Source: Desulfotignum sp.
GTDB taxonomy: Bacteria; Desulfobacterota; Desulfobacteria; Desulfobacterales; Desulfobacteraceae
Direction: 5' to 3'
Length of the DNA: 64,000 bases
NCBI GenBank assembly: GCA_036351635.1
Contig: JAZBPL010000036.1
Location: 14,928-78,927 of the forward strand
The notes beneath the pieces were generated by a model. That model saw only the letters and a list, made by a program, of their open reading frames with translations, did no database searches and was not told the DNA's origin. Of the stretch, positions 37,955 to 46,649 are shown piece by piece. The number at the start of each line of letters is the position of its first letter. Positions within the stretch are counted from its first letter, which is position 1. The position numbers and the translations under genes are program-made.

Positions 37955-39268
37955 CTAAAACGGCGGTACCAGGCTGAATCCCAGAAATCCTTTGGAAGTA
38001 TACCGGATACCCACATAAAACGCAAGAATGATGAAGATCCACTTAAGCACTTTTTCCGGAATATATTTGGAGGTGCGGGGTCCGATCATGGAGCCGATGA
38101 AAATACCGATCAATTCAACACCGATGAATCCCCAGGCAATGACCACGCCTTTGCCCACCATATAGGAAAAAATAGACACGATCATACCCACCAGCACGCA
38201 CAGGGCAGAGGTGCCGGCCACCAGGAACATGGGCAACCCTGCAACAGAAGTCAGAAAAGGCACATAGAGAAATCCGCCGCCCACACCCAGAAAAGATGCC
38301 AGGGCCGCGATCACGATACCACCGATCATGGGCACATATGCTTTGAAGGCAAATTCCTGTCCGTAAAAGGTGAACCTAATGTTGCCGATCATAAAGGTCA
38401 TGGCCCAGCTGACCAGCACCAGGATGTAAGGCACCCATCTGAGTGCGGAAATCAGGTTGATCCACAGGGCGGACAGTACCACAAGACCCACGGCTATCCA
38501 CATAAAGGTCCAGGACCCTTCGATGATTTTAACGCCCTGCTCAGAGGTGTCGGTTTTTTCTCTGGCTGCTTTTTCAAAGGCCTGGGCGGCTGCCTTGGCC
38601 TGTTTTTTACCGGCTGATCCTTTCGGGGTCATTTCATAAATCAGGAAAAATCCAAGCACAAATACGATGAGTCCGAAAAATCCGATATAATCTTTTAAGG
38701 AGATCTTGCCTGCGGTCAGTTCCGGTACCAGCCACGAACCACCCACGCCGCCGATGGCCAGACATATGCCAAGGGGGGCCACCAGGCGGCCCATGCGGTA
38801 GTAGTTGAATGAGGAAATCATCCCGCTCAGACCCACCAGCCACTGGTTGGAAACCCGTATGGAGTCGGTGAGAAGGTTGTTCACCGGGTTGCCTTTGCCA
38901 AAGGATTTGGCATAATCGGCCAGGCCGAAAATCGTGATATGTCCCACTCCGGCCATGATACCGCCGAAGGCCCCCACGGTGGAAAAGATCCAGCCCACCC
39001 AGATGGCCCACAAAAAGCCCAGAATAAGACTGGGGTCAGGGGCTCCCGGGATGCCTAAGAATCCCGGTTCATCTCCGGGTGTGATAATTTCCCTGGTTTT
39101 TGCGGCCATTTCCGGATCTTCAAGACTTGATGCAATGGCTGTTTTCATTTTCTCCGACATGCCAGGCGTTGTTAGGCCTGCCCCTGTCTGGGCCATGGCC
39201 ACTGCCACAAAAGAGAACACAATCATCAGCGCGGTTGCAAGATAAAACCTGGTTCGGTTTACCATCAT
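37955..39268 (-). CDS. TauE/SafE (TSUP) sulfite/organosulfur transporter-family protein
   Basis: VGAFGGIMAG and FLGVGGGFLYVPFL repeats, AGTS, G...GS..G. AAGGAGG RBS. Confidence 0.85.
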   Translation of the reverse strand: MMVNRTRFYLATALMIVFSFVAVAMAQTGAGLTTPGMSEKMKTAIASSLEDPEMAAKTREIITPGDEPGFLGIPGAPDPSLILGFLWAIWVGWIFSTVGAFGGIMAGVGHITIFGLADYAKSFGKGNPVNNLLTDSIRVSNQWLVGLSGMISSFNYYRMGRLVAPLGICLAIGGVGGSWLVPELTAGKISLKDYIGFFGLIVFVLGFFLIYEMTPKGSAGKKQAKAAAQAFEKAAREKTDTSEQGVKIIEGSWTFMWIAVGLVVLSALWINLISALRWVPYILVLVSWAMTFMIGNIRFTFYGQEFAFKAYVPMIGGIVIAALASFLGVGGGFLYVPFLTSVAGLPMFLVAGTSALCVLVGMIVSIFSYMVGKGVVIAWGFIGVELIGIFIGSMIGPRTSKYIPEKVLKWIFIILAFYVGIRYTSKGFLGFSLVPPF

Positions 39269-39368
39269 TTTCCCTCCTTTGGTTGATACATACAAATAAA
39301 TAATTGGGTTTTGAACGCGGATACAGTTTTTGTAAGCCGATTCATTACATTTACATTGTGGTATATTC

Positions 39369-39384
39369 AGCAATATTGGTGCCA
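39369..39384 (-). promoter_or_regulatory. sigma54 promoter of tauE
   Basis: TGGCACCAATATTGCT. Confidence 0.85.
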
Positions 39385-39495
39385 TGGCCCAGTTCCCTGA
39401 TGTATTATTTTCTAACTATTTAAGGTTACAGGGATTTTTTGGAAAAAAGGAAATTTGTGGCAGGGGTGATCTGCATATGTAAGAAAAGGGGGCGG

Positions 39496-39532
39496 CGCAA
39501 TAAAATATATGCGGCGCATGCATTATATTGCA
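39496..39532. promoter_or_regulatory. Tandem enhancer (UAS) candidate, copy 1
   Basis: CGCA-N10-TGCG-g-CGCA-N10-TGCA; aligns without gaps to 48967-49003. Confidence 0.7.
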
Positions 39533-39544
39533 CAAAAAGAATGG

Positions 39545-40936
39545 CTACCGAAAATCTTCCGGATCAATACCAAACCGCTTCATGATCTGCTGCAATGCCT
39601 GGCGGTCCAGGCCGCAATGCCTGGCTGCCTGGGTAATATTGCCGCTGGTCCTGGACAGCATGGCGCCCACATAGTCATGGTTGAACCTGGTGAGCATGGT
39701 TTCCTTGGCTTCTTTATAAGGCATATCCATGATATTGCCGTCCGGGCCGGTATCAAAGCAGATGTCAGGTTCTGTCCTGGAAACAGGGATATCAGCCCTG
39801 CGGATCACCGCATTCTTGGCATAGAGGATACCCTGAACCAGCACGTTTTCCAGCTCCCGGACATTTCCTTTCCATGGGTGTTTCAAGAGCAGGCCCATGA
39901 CATTTTCAGAAATACTCTTTAACGGTTTGTTGAGTTTTTCGCAGTTTTTGGCCACCAGGTGCTCTGCCAGCAGGGGTATGTCTTCAATGCGGTCCCGCAG
40001 GGGAGGCAGTTCAATGGAGATGACAGACAAGCGGTAGAAAAGATCTTCCCTGAACTCTTTTTGGGCAATTTTTTGTGTGAGGTCCTGGTTGGTGGAGGCA
40101 ATGATGCGTACATCCACTTTCTGCACCCGTGTATCCCCTAAAGGCTTGACTTCCTTTTCCTGGATCACCCGCAACAGCTTGGTCTGGATGGACAGTCCGA
40201 TATCCCCGATTTCATCTAAAAAGATCGTGCCTTTGTCTGCTTCCTGGAACAATCCGTTTTTGTCCTGGAATGCGCTGGTAAACGCCCCTTTTTTATGACC
40301 GAACAGCTCGCTTTCCAGGATATGTTCCGGAATGGTGGGGCAGTTCACCGGAACAAAGGCGGCTTTGCTGCGCTGGCTGCGGCGGTGAATGGACCGTGCG
40401 GTGAGGTCTTTGCCGGTGCCTGATTCTCCTGTGATGAGCACGGTGACATCGGAACCGGCCACCAGATCGATTTTTTCAAACACTTTTTCCATGGCCGGGC
40501 TGTGGCCCACCAGGGGAGAAAAGTCTTTGTCTCTGGCCTTGAGCAGCTGTTTGTTTTCCAGAAGCAGCCGGCTGCGTTCTAAAGCCTTGCGGATCTTGAA
40601 AATGATTTCATCCTGTTCAAATGGCTTGGCAATGAAATCATAGGCCCCGCTTTTAATGGCGGTGACGGCAGAATCGATATTGCCGAATGCGGTGAGCATC
40701 ACCACCGTAAGATCCGGATACCGGTTTTTGATCTGTTCCAGCAATGCAAACCCATCCATGCCGGGCATGCGGATATCACATATCACCAGGTCCCAGGTGC
40801 CCTGTTCCAGTATGTTTAAAGCCATTTCCCCGGAAAATGCCATGGAAACCGTGCAGTCAATTTCTGATTCCAGGGTGCGTTTCAGCAGACGGGTCATGTC
40901 TTTTTCATCATCCACAGCCAGGATATGGGCGGTCAT
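39545..40936 (-). CDS. sigma54-dependent response regulator (NtrC family)
   Basis: REC domain (VDDE, DIRMP), GESGTGK, ESELFGH..GAFTSA, FLDEIG, FREDLFYRL, WKGNVRELEN, Fis-type HTH. Confidence 0.93.
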   Translation of the reverse strand: MTAHILAVDDEKDMTRLLKRTLESEIDCTVSMAFSGEMALNILEQGTWDLVICDIRMPGMDGFALLEQIKNRYPDLTVVMLTAFGNIDSAVTAIKSGAYDFIAKPFEQDEIIFKIRKALERSRLLLENKQLLKARDKDFSPLVGHSPAMEKVFEKIDLVAGSDVTVLITGESGTGKDLTARSIHRRSQRSKAAFVPVNCPTIPEHILESELFGHKKGAFTSAFQDKNGLFQEADKGTIFLDEIGDIGLSIQTKLLRVIQEKEVKPLGDTRVQKVDVRIIASTNQDLTQKIAQKEFREDLFYRLSVISIELPPLRDRIEDIPLLAEHLVAKNCEKLNKPLKSISENVMGLLLKHPWKGNVRELENVLVQGILYAKNAVIRRADIPVSRTEPDICFDTGPDGNIMDMPYKEAKETMLTRFNHDYVGAMLSRTSGNITQAARHCGLDRQALQQIMKRFGIDPEDFR

Positions 40937-42459
40937 CTGGTTTTCTCCCTGTCAGGGTTATCGTCTGCAGCCCCGGCCCGGGGCAGGCTGATGGTGAAGG
41001 CAGCACCTTTTTCTTTTCTGTTTCTGGCTGTGATATCTCCTCCGTGCCGCCGGATAATGCCGTACCCGACGGAAAGCCCCAGTCCAGTGCCCTGGCCCAC
41101 AGGCTTGGTGGTGAAAAACGGGTCAAAGATCCGGGAAAAATCCTTTTCCCGGATACCGGTGCCGTTGTCTTTCACCGTTATCAGCACCTGGTCCTGGTCA
41201 TCTGTACCTGTTTCCACCAGGATGCGGCCTGTTTTTTCCACTGCATGGCAGGCGTTGATCATCAGGTTGATAATGACCTGTGCCAGCTCCTGTTCATTGC
41301 CGAAAACCTTTAACGGCCCTGTGCACGGACCAGGAGATGTCACCTGTACATTTTTGAAGTCGGAATGGTTGCCCAGAAAACTGATTACATCATCCACCAC
41401 CTTGCATACATCAATGGGCTGCATTTTTGTTGACCCTTTTCTGGAAAAGGTCAACAGGTCAGATACCACAATCTTACAGTTTTTCACATGCTTTTCAATG
41501 GTTTTCAGGTCTTCCTCATGGTCCCCGGGATTTTTGAGCATCAGCTGGGTATATCCCAGGATGATACCTAAAGGGTTGTTGATTTCATGGGCCACGCCGG
41601 CGGATAATTCTCCTAAGGCCGCCAGTTTGTCAGCCTGGGCAATCTGCTGCTCCATCTGCCGTTTATCATTGATGTTCTTGATGATAAAATGAAAAGTTTT
41701 GCCGCAGCCAAAAGCACCATAGTCCACACCCCCGGTGATGAGTACCCTGACGAAGGACCTGTCGGCACGCAGAAAATCGGTTTCTTCATTCAGGACATAC
41801 TCATGGGTTTCCAGAAGCTTGAAAATCCGCTCATTTTCAGATGGGATGGTTAAAAAATCTTTGAGCCCCATTTTTTTGTCCAGCATGTCTGCTTTCTGAA
41901 ATCCGGTGAGGGCCACCCCGGCCCGGTTGATTTCAACAATATTGAACCAGGGATCCGTCACCATAATGGTGTCCAGTGAATGTTCAAAAATCCGCCTGGC
42001 CTTGTGCTCGGAACTGGTGAGCATTTCAGTTCTTTCCACGACCTTCTGCTCTAAGGTCTGGTTCAGTTCCAGCAGTTTGGCACTGGTATCTTCCTGTTTC
42101 TGTTTGGCGGACAGGATTTTTTCATTGATGCGCCAGCTCTGGTTGAAAAACAGGGTCACCGTTCCCACCAGCATGAAGGATATGGTGTTGATAGCACCGG
42201 TATAGGGGCCGATATCATGCCATATGTCCCCACTGCCGGTGAGCACCAGAAACTGCCGCAGAATATGGCTCAAGGACCGGGATACCGCAAATATGGTGAA
42301 TCCGGCACAGATCCAGATCAAATAGAGGAATACAACGTTGTCCGGGTCAAGATCCCGAAGTGACCTGGCCTTGAACAGGGACAAAACCCCCAGCGCCACC
42401 ATGGCCACTGAGCCCAGCACATCCACCAGCAGAATGGGTAGATTGGCAGTCATTGTCAC
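40933..42459 (-). CDS. Membrane sensor histidine kinase (TM-PAS-HisKA-HATPase)
   Basis: AGVAHEINNPL, NL..NA, DNGTG, FDPFFTTK..GTGLGL. Confidence 0.92.
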   Translation of the reverse strand: MTMTANLPILLVDVLGSVAMVALGVLSLFKARSLRDLDPDNVVFLYLIWICAGFTIFAVSRSLSHILRQFLVLTGSGDIWHDIGPYTGAINTISFMLVGTVTLFFNQSWRINEKILSAKQKQEDTSAKLLELNQTLEQKVVERTEMLTSSEHKARRIFEHSLDTIMVTDPWFNIVEINRAGVALTGFQKADMLDKKMGLKDFLTIPSENERIFKLLETHEYVLNEETDFLRADRSFVRVLITGGVDYGAFGCGKTFHFIIKNINDKRQMEQQIAQADKLAALGELSAGVAHEINNPLGIILGYTQLMLKNPGDHEEDLKTIEKHVKNCKIVVSDLLTFSRKGSTKMQPIDVCKVVDDVISFLGNHSDFKNVQVTSPGPCTGPLKVFGNEQELAQVIINLMINACHAVEKTGRILVETGTDDQDQVLITVKDNGTGIREKDFSRIFDPFFTTKPVGQGTGLGLSVGYGIIRRHGGDITARNRKEKGAAFTISLPRAGAADDNPDREKTR

Positions 42460-42929
42460 ACCCCATCTGCACTGTCAGACCGTTGTTTCTGGTCCTTGAG
42501 CAGGCTGTTCAGTCCCATTAACAAAAAAACCATGGCCGGGACACACCACAGGTGATCCATTTTGAGAACGTAGTAGATCACAGCCAGGAGCTGAGAGTCG
42601 GACTGGGTGACAACGGCCATTCTGGTTATGCTCAGGGTTTCGATGCGCACCACTTCAATCTGGTTATCCAGAAAATGGGCTGCCAGGGTATCCAGGTTCC
42701 AGAAGATGAAAAACAGGGCTGTAACCTGTATCAGCCGCCATCCCTTCTGCCGGATCAATCCCTGGTTGTTGATGGTGAACATGAGGGCCACCATGGAAAA
42801 CAAAAAAAACAGATGCCCTATCTGATGGGCGATAATACCGGCATTGCCGGTATGCAGCTGGATGGCAAATGCCGGTGCCGGCAGACCCCATACCCCTGCC
42901 AGGCAGAGGAGACAAACCGCGGGTTTCAT
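42456..42929 (-). CDS. Small membrane protein coupled to the kinase (putative accessory sensor)
   Basis: Signal-like N-terminus plus about 3 TM segments. 4-bp overlaps with both neighbours. Confidence 0.7.
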   Translation of the reverse strand: MKPAVCLLCLAGVWGLPAPAFAIQLHTGNAGIIAHQIGHLFFLFSMVALMFTINNQGLIRQKGWRLIQVTALFFIFWNLDTLAAHFLDNQIEVVRIETLSITRMAVVTQSDSQLLAVIYYVLKMDHLWCVPAMVFLLMGLNSLLKDQKQRSDSADGV

Positions 42930-43684
42930 TTTTTTAAGTGTGCCATTTCCGTGACAGCACGGGTGGACATGAGTTTTACACAGGCCGGACACAGGCTGTG
43001 GTGCTCTTTGGTATCCGGATGATCCGGGCTGATATGGGACACCCGGTTCAGAAAATCCGATGTGGCATACATGCGGCCGCATGCCTCGCACCGTTCCAGG
43101 GGGAGCTGCCCCACGGTGCGGTCCTGGATGGCCACGGTTCTCACACTGTCATGGTCCGTCACCGTGATTACGCCGGTGGGACAGAGATTGGCACAGGTAC
43201 CGCAGCCGATGCACTGGCCGTCTCCTTTTACCACCTGGCTGCCGGCCGCGGTTTTTTCCATTTTCAGCGCTCCGGCCTTGACGATCTCCTGGCAGACCCG
43301 GATGCACAGCCGACACCGGATGCAACCATCCGGTTCCGGGGGCAGGTCCACCTGGTATCTATGGGCCAGGTCCCTGATCCGATGGGCCTGGGGAGCCATG
43401 CGGAATAACCGGACAAACGCTTTCTGACGGTGGGATCTGACCAGCGGAGAATCTGTGCGTATCACCATCCCGGGTTTTACCTTGAGGACGCAGGACAGCA
43501 TCACTGTCTGCCTGCCTGTGGGGGAGGTAACCTCTACACCGCAGATCCGGCAGGCGCCCGAGGGCTTCAATGCCGGATGAAAACACAGGTGTGGGATGCT
43601 GATATTGTTTTTCCGGGCAGCTTCCAGTACGGTCTGGCCTTCGTTGCATGGGATGGCTGTATTGTCAATGAAAATTTCAATCAT
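42926..43684 (-). CDS. [2Fe-2S] + 2x[4Fe-4S] protein (NuoG N-terminus/HoxU-like)
   Basis: IPHLC..GACRICGVE..SC, CIRCRLCIRVC, CIGCGTCANLCP, CEACG..CPAC. Confidence 0.88.
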   Translation of the reverse strand: MIEIFIDNTAIPCNEGQTVLEAARKNNISIPHLCFHPALKPSGACRICGVEVTSPTGRQTVMLSCVLKVKPGMVIRTDSPLVRSHRQKAFVRLFRMAPQAHRIRDLAHRYQVDLPPEPDGCIRCRLCIRVCQEIVKAGALKMEKTAAGSQVVKGDGQCIGCGTCANLCPTGVITVTDHDSVRTVAIQDRTVGQLPLERCEACGRMYATSDFLNRVSHISPDHPDTKEHHSLCPACVKLMSTRAVTEMAHLKK

Positions 43685-43704
43685 GGGAGATCCATCCTTG
43701 TCCT

Positions 43705-43923
43705 TTACCGCGTATCCGAAAGGATCCGGAGACAGTCCTGGGGCAGGCGGTGGGTGCCTTTGCCCTGGAGGCTCACCTCTATGAGATCATCCGGATCATT
43801 GATGGAGGTATCCGGATCAGTCACCACCCCGTGGACACCGATAAAATCATTCATATAGGGCTCCCAGGCTTCATCTGTCGATGCCTGGAACACTTCCACA
43901 CGATTGCCGCGTTTAAACATCAT
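43705..43923 (-). CDS. Small acidic hypothetical protein inside the oxidoreductase operon
   Basis: AAGGAGG RBS; fills the gap between two co-oriented genes. Confidence 0.7.
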   Translation of the reverse strand: MMFKRGNRVEVFQASTDEAWEPYMNDFIGVHGVVTDPDTSINDPDDLIEVSLQGKGTHRLPQDCLRILSDTR

Positions 43924-43934
43924 AACAGCCTCCT

Positions 43935-46100
43935 TTATGTTGGGTTGACAGGCCGGGTCGGTACATGATTTTTCGCTGACAGCCTGCGCTGGCAGTCGTT
44001 ACACAAAAGCCGCTGCTCCGCCTTCTGGGTCAGGTCTGCGGTTTTGTCCGAAATAAAGGCCATATACTGGGCTGACGGCAGCCTGGCCCCACAGGCATCA
44101 CAGGTCTGAATCTCCTGCTCGTTGAGGATGGTGCCGCAGAGTTTGAGCATCCGTCTGCCGTCTTTTTCTTCCAGGGTCATGGCATTGTTTTCACAATTGG
44201 CTGCACAGGCCCCGCAGGTGATACAGTTTTCCGCCGTCATTCGAAAATCGGTTTTCACCGGGTGGTCAAAATCCAGGTATCCCAGATGCAGGGCATCAAT
44301 ACCCATTTTGTCCCGGCAGACTTCCACGCATTTACCGCACCTTCTGCAGACATCACACCGCAGACACCGCCGGGCTTCCTTTCGCACAGCGGCTTCATCA
44401 TATCCCAGTTCCACCTGCTGAAAGGTGGTCCGTCTTCTGTCCACATTGAGCATGGGCATGACCGGCCGGGAAAGCCGCATTTTTTCAGCTGCCGTCATTT
44501 CGATCATGGGGACTTTGCGGCGGCGCACCGGAATTTTGGGCATCCTGGGCTGGGGCATGCCGGTGAGGTGCCGGTGGATGGCCTCGGCAGCCCGTTTGCC
44601 GCCGCCGATGGCTTCAATTACTGTTGCAGGACCCGAGACCGCGTCTCCTGCGGCAAACACCCCGGGCATACTGGTTTCCATGGAAGCATGGTTCACTTCA
44701 ATGGTGCCCCTGCGGGTCCAGTTGACTGCATCAAAAGCGGTCATGCCGCTGTCATCCACATACTGGCCAATGGCGGATATGACGGCATCTGCCTGGATGG
44801 TAAACTCCTTGCCCAGGATGGGAACCGGTGCCAGGCGGTCCGTCCCTTTTTTGGCGATCAGCTCCGCTTTGATACAGGCAAGGCCGGTGATCCTGCCATC
44901 ATTGCCTGTAATCTCCGTGGGGATGGTGAGAAAGGCAAACGCAATGCCCTCTTCTTCCGCCTGCTCCACTTCCTCGATATCAGCCGGCATCTGTTCTCTG
45001 GATCTGCGGTAGGCAATGGTGACTTTTTCGGCCCCCAGACGCAGGCTGGTGCGGGCAGCATCAATGGCCACGTTTCCGCCGCCGATGACCACCACATGCT
45101 TGCCCGGTGCATGGCGGTCCCCTATGGCCACATTCTTTAAAAATGTGATGGCATCAATGACCCTGGGAAAATCTGTTTCCCCTTTGATGCCAAGGTCCCA
45201 GGCCTTGTGGGCACCGATGGCCAGAAAAAAGGCATCTGTGCCTTTGGTTTTCATGTCTTCATAGGTGACATCCGAGCCGAACCGGGTGTTGAAAGAAAAG
45301 GTCACCCCCAGGTCTTCTATCATGGCCACTTCCCGGTCAATCACCTCCCGGGGCAGGCGGTACCGGGGAATGCCCACCATGAGCATGCCGCCGGCAAAGG
45401 GAAGGGATTCGATCACTTCCACCTTGTATCCCATCAGGGCAAGATAATATGCGCAGGACAACCCCCCCGGCCCGGCTCCCACCACACAGATGCGTTTTCC
45501 ATTGGGGGGAGCCGGTTCCGGGTTGGTATACCGCCGGTCCGACAATGCCCGTTCCGCGGCAAAAGCCTTGAGAAATTTGATGGAGATGGGGGTGTCGATA
45601 CGCCCCCTGACACACATCATTTCACAGGGCCGGGTGCACACCAGGCCACAGACCCAGGGAAGAGGATTGTCCTCCCGGATTACGGCGATGGCCTGGTCAT
45701 CTTTCCCCTCGGCAATAAGGGCCAGATAGGTGGGTACATCAATGCCGGCAGGACAGGCCATCTGGCAGGGAGAAGGCGCAATTACCCCGCAGTCATGGGA
45801 TGGGCAGTTCCGGGTTTCAATATGGCTGACAAACTCTTCCCTGCGGTCTGACAGAATGTGTTTCAAGTGGTCAAGTGTCTTGGTTGCGGTGTCATCCGGG
45901 GTTCTGTTTTCAAATTCGGCCATCAGGTCGTCAATGGCGGCCATATGGCTGTCCCCGGCCTCTCCCAGGGATATTTCCTCCACCAGCATCCGGATTGATT
46001 CACATATCCGCCGCACCTTGGGGTCTGTCAGGACACCGGATGCAATACGATCAGACAGGTATTGCAGGGTTGACTGTACCGGACAGGTGTCTTTGGCCAT
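43935..46100 (-). CDS. FAD/Fe-S NAD(P)H-dependent oxidoreductase (GltD/SudA/NfnB-like core with extra Fe-S domains)
   Basis: PCQMACP, CGLVCTRPCE..C, GAGPGG, GIPRYRLP, GGGNVAIDAAR, YRRS, FAAGD; C-terminal 2x[4Fe-4S]. Confidence 0.9.
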   Translation of the reverse strand: MAKDTCPVQSTLQYLSDRIASGVLTDPKVRRICESIRMLVEEISLGEAGDSHMAAIDDLMAEFENRTPDDTATKTLDHLKHILSDRREEFVSHIETRNCPSHDCGVIAPSPCQMACPAGIDVPTYLALIAEGKDDQAIAVIREDNPLPWVCGLVCTRPCEMMCVRGRIDTPISIKFLKAFAAERALSDRRYTNPEPAPPNGKRICVVGAGPGGLSCAYYLALMGYKVEVIESLPFAGGMLMVGIPRYRLPREVIDREVAMIEDLGVTFSFNTRFGSDVTYEDMKTKGTDAFFLAIGAHKAWDLGIKGETDFPRVIDAITFLKNVAIGDRHAPGKHVVVIGGGNVAIDAARTSLRLGAEKVTIAYRRSREQMPADIEEVEQAEEEGIAFAFLTIPTEITGNDGRITGLACIKAELIAKKGTDRLAPVPILGKEFTIQADAVISAIGQYVDDSGMTAFDAVNWTRRGTIEVNHASMETSMPGVFAAGDAVSGPATVIEAIGGGKRAAEAIHRHLTGMPQPRMPKIPVRRRKVPMIEMTAAEKMRLSRPVMPMLNVDRRRTTFQQVELGYDEAAVRKEARRCLRCDVCRRCGKCVEVCRDKMGIDALHLGYLDFDHPVKTDFRMTAENCITCGACAANCENNAMTLEEKDGRRMLKLCGTILNEQEIQTCDACGARLPSAQYMAFISDKTADLTQKAEQRLLCNDCQRRLSAKNHVPTRPVNPT

Positions 46101-46113
46101 GGGTCACGCTCCT

Positions 46114-46629
46114 TTAAAAGCTGCTGTTCTCTAAGGATGCCACAGATTCTGCATGGCGCTGCCGCCGGATCTGGGTCATTTCCTCCACTTTCCCGAACTT
46201 CAGGCACCCGGTGGTGCAGGTGGTGACACAGGCAGGTTCCAGACCCTGGTCCACCCGGTCCTTGCAGTAATCACATTTTTCCACTTTTCCCGTGTCCGGA
46301 TTCCACTGGGGCGCTCCCCAGGGACATGCGGACACACAGGTTTTGCATCCCACGCACAGGTCTTTCTGCACAAACACGATGCCGTCCGAAGCCCGCTGCT
46401 GCATGGCCCCTGTGGGGCAGGCAGATACGCACCAGGGGTTCTCACAGTGAAAACAGGGCATGAAGATAAACGACATCTTGGGCAGGTTGTTGATAAATTT
46501 GGGCCCCACCTGGATGATCTGGCAGGGTTTGGGGCCTTCGGGCAGGTCTTTATTGGTTTTGCACTGGATCTCACAGGCGTGGCACCCAATGCATTTTTTA
46601 CTGTCCTGGAACAGGTAATACTGGCTCAT
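46114..46629 (-). CDS. 4x[4Fe-4S] subunit (PhsB/PsrB/DmsB-like)
   Basis: CIGCHACEIQC, CFHCENPWCVSACP, CVGCKTCVSACP, KCDYC..PACV. Confidence 0.92.
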   Translation of the reverse strand: MSQYYLFQDSKKCIGCHACEIQCKTNKDLPEGPKPCQIIQVGPKFINNLPKMSFIFMPCFHCENPWCVSACPTGAMQQRASDGIVFVQKDLCVGCKTCVSACPWGAPQWNPDTGKVEKCDYCKDRVDQGLEPACVTTCTTGCLKFGKVEEMTQIRRQRHAESVASLENSSF

Positions 46630-46649
46630 TCATTGCCTCCTTATGAAAA

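Noticed and set aside
40270-40300. GAFTSA instead of GAFTGA as a sign of an inactive sigma54 activator
   Set aside because: The critical F and T are retained, and matching sigma54 promoters flank the locus.
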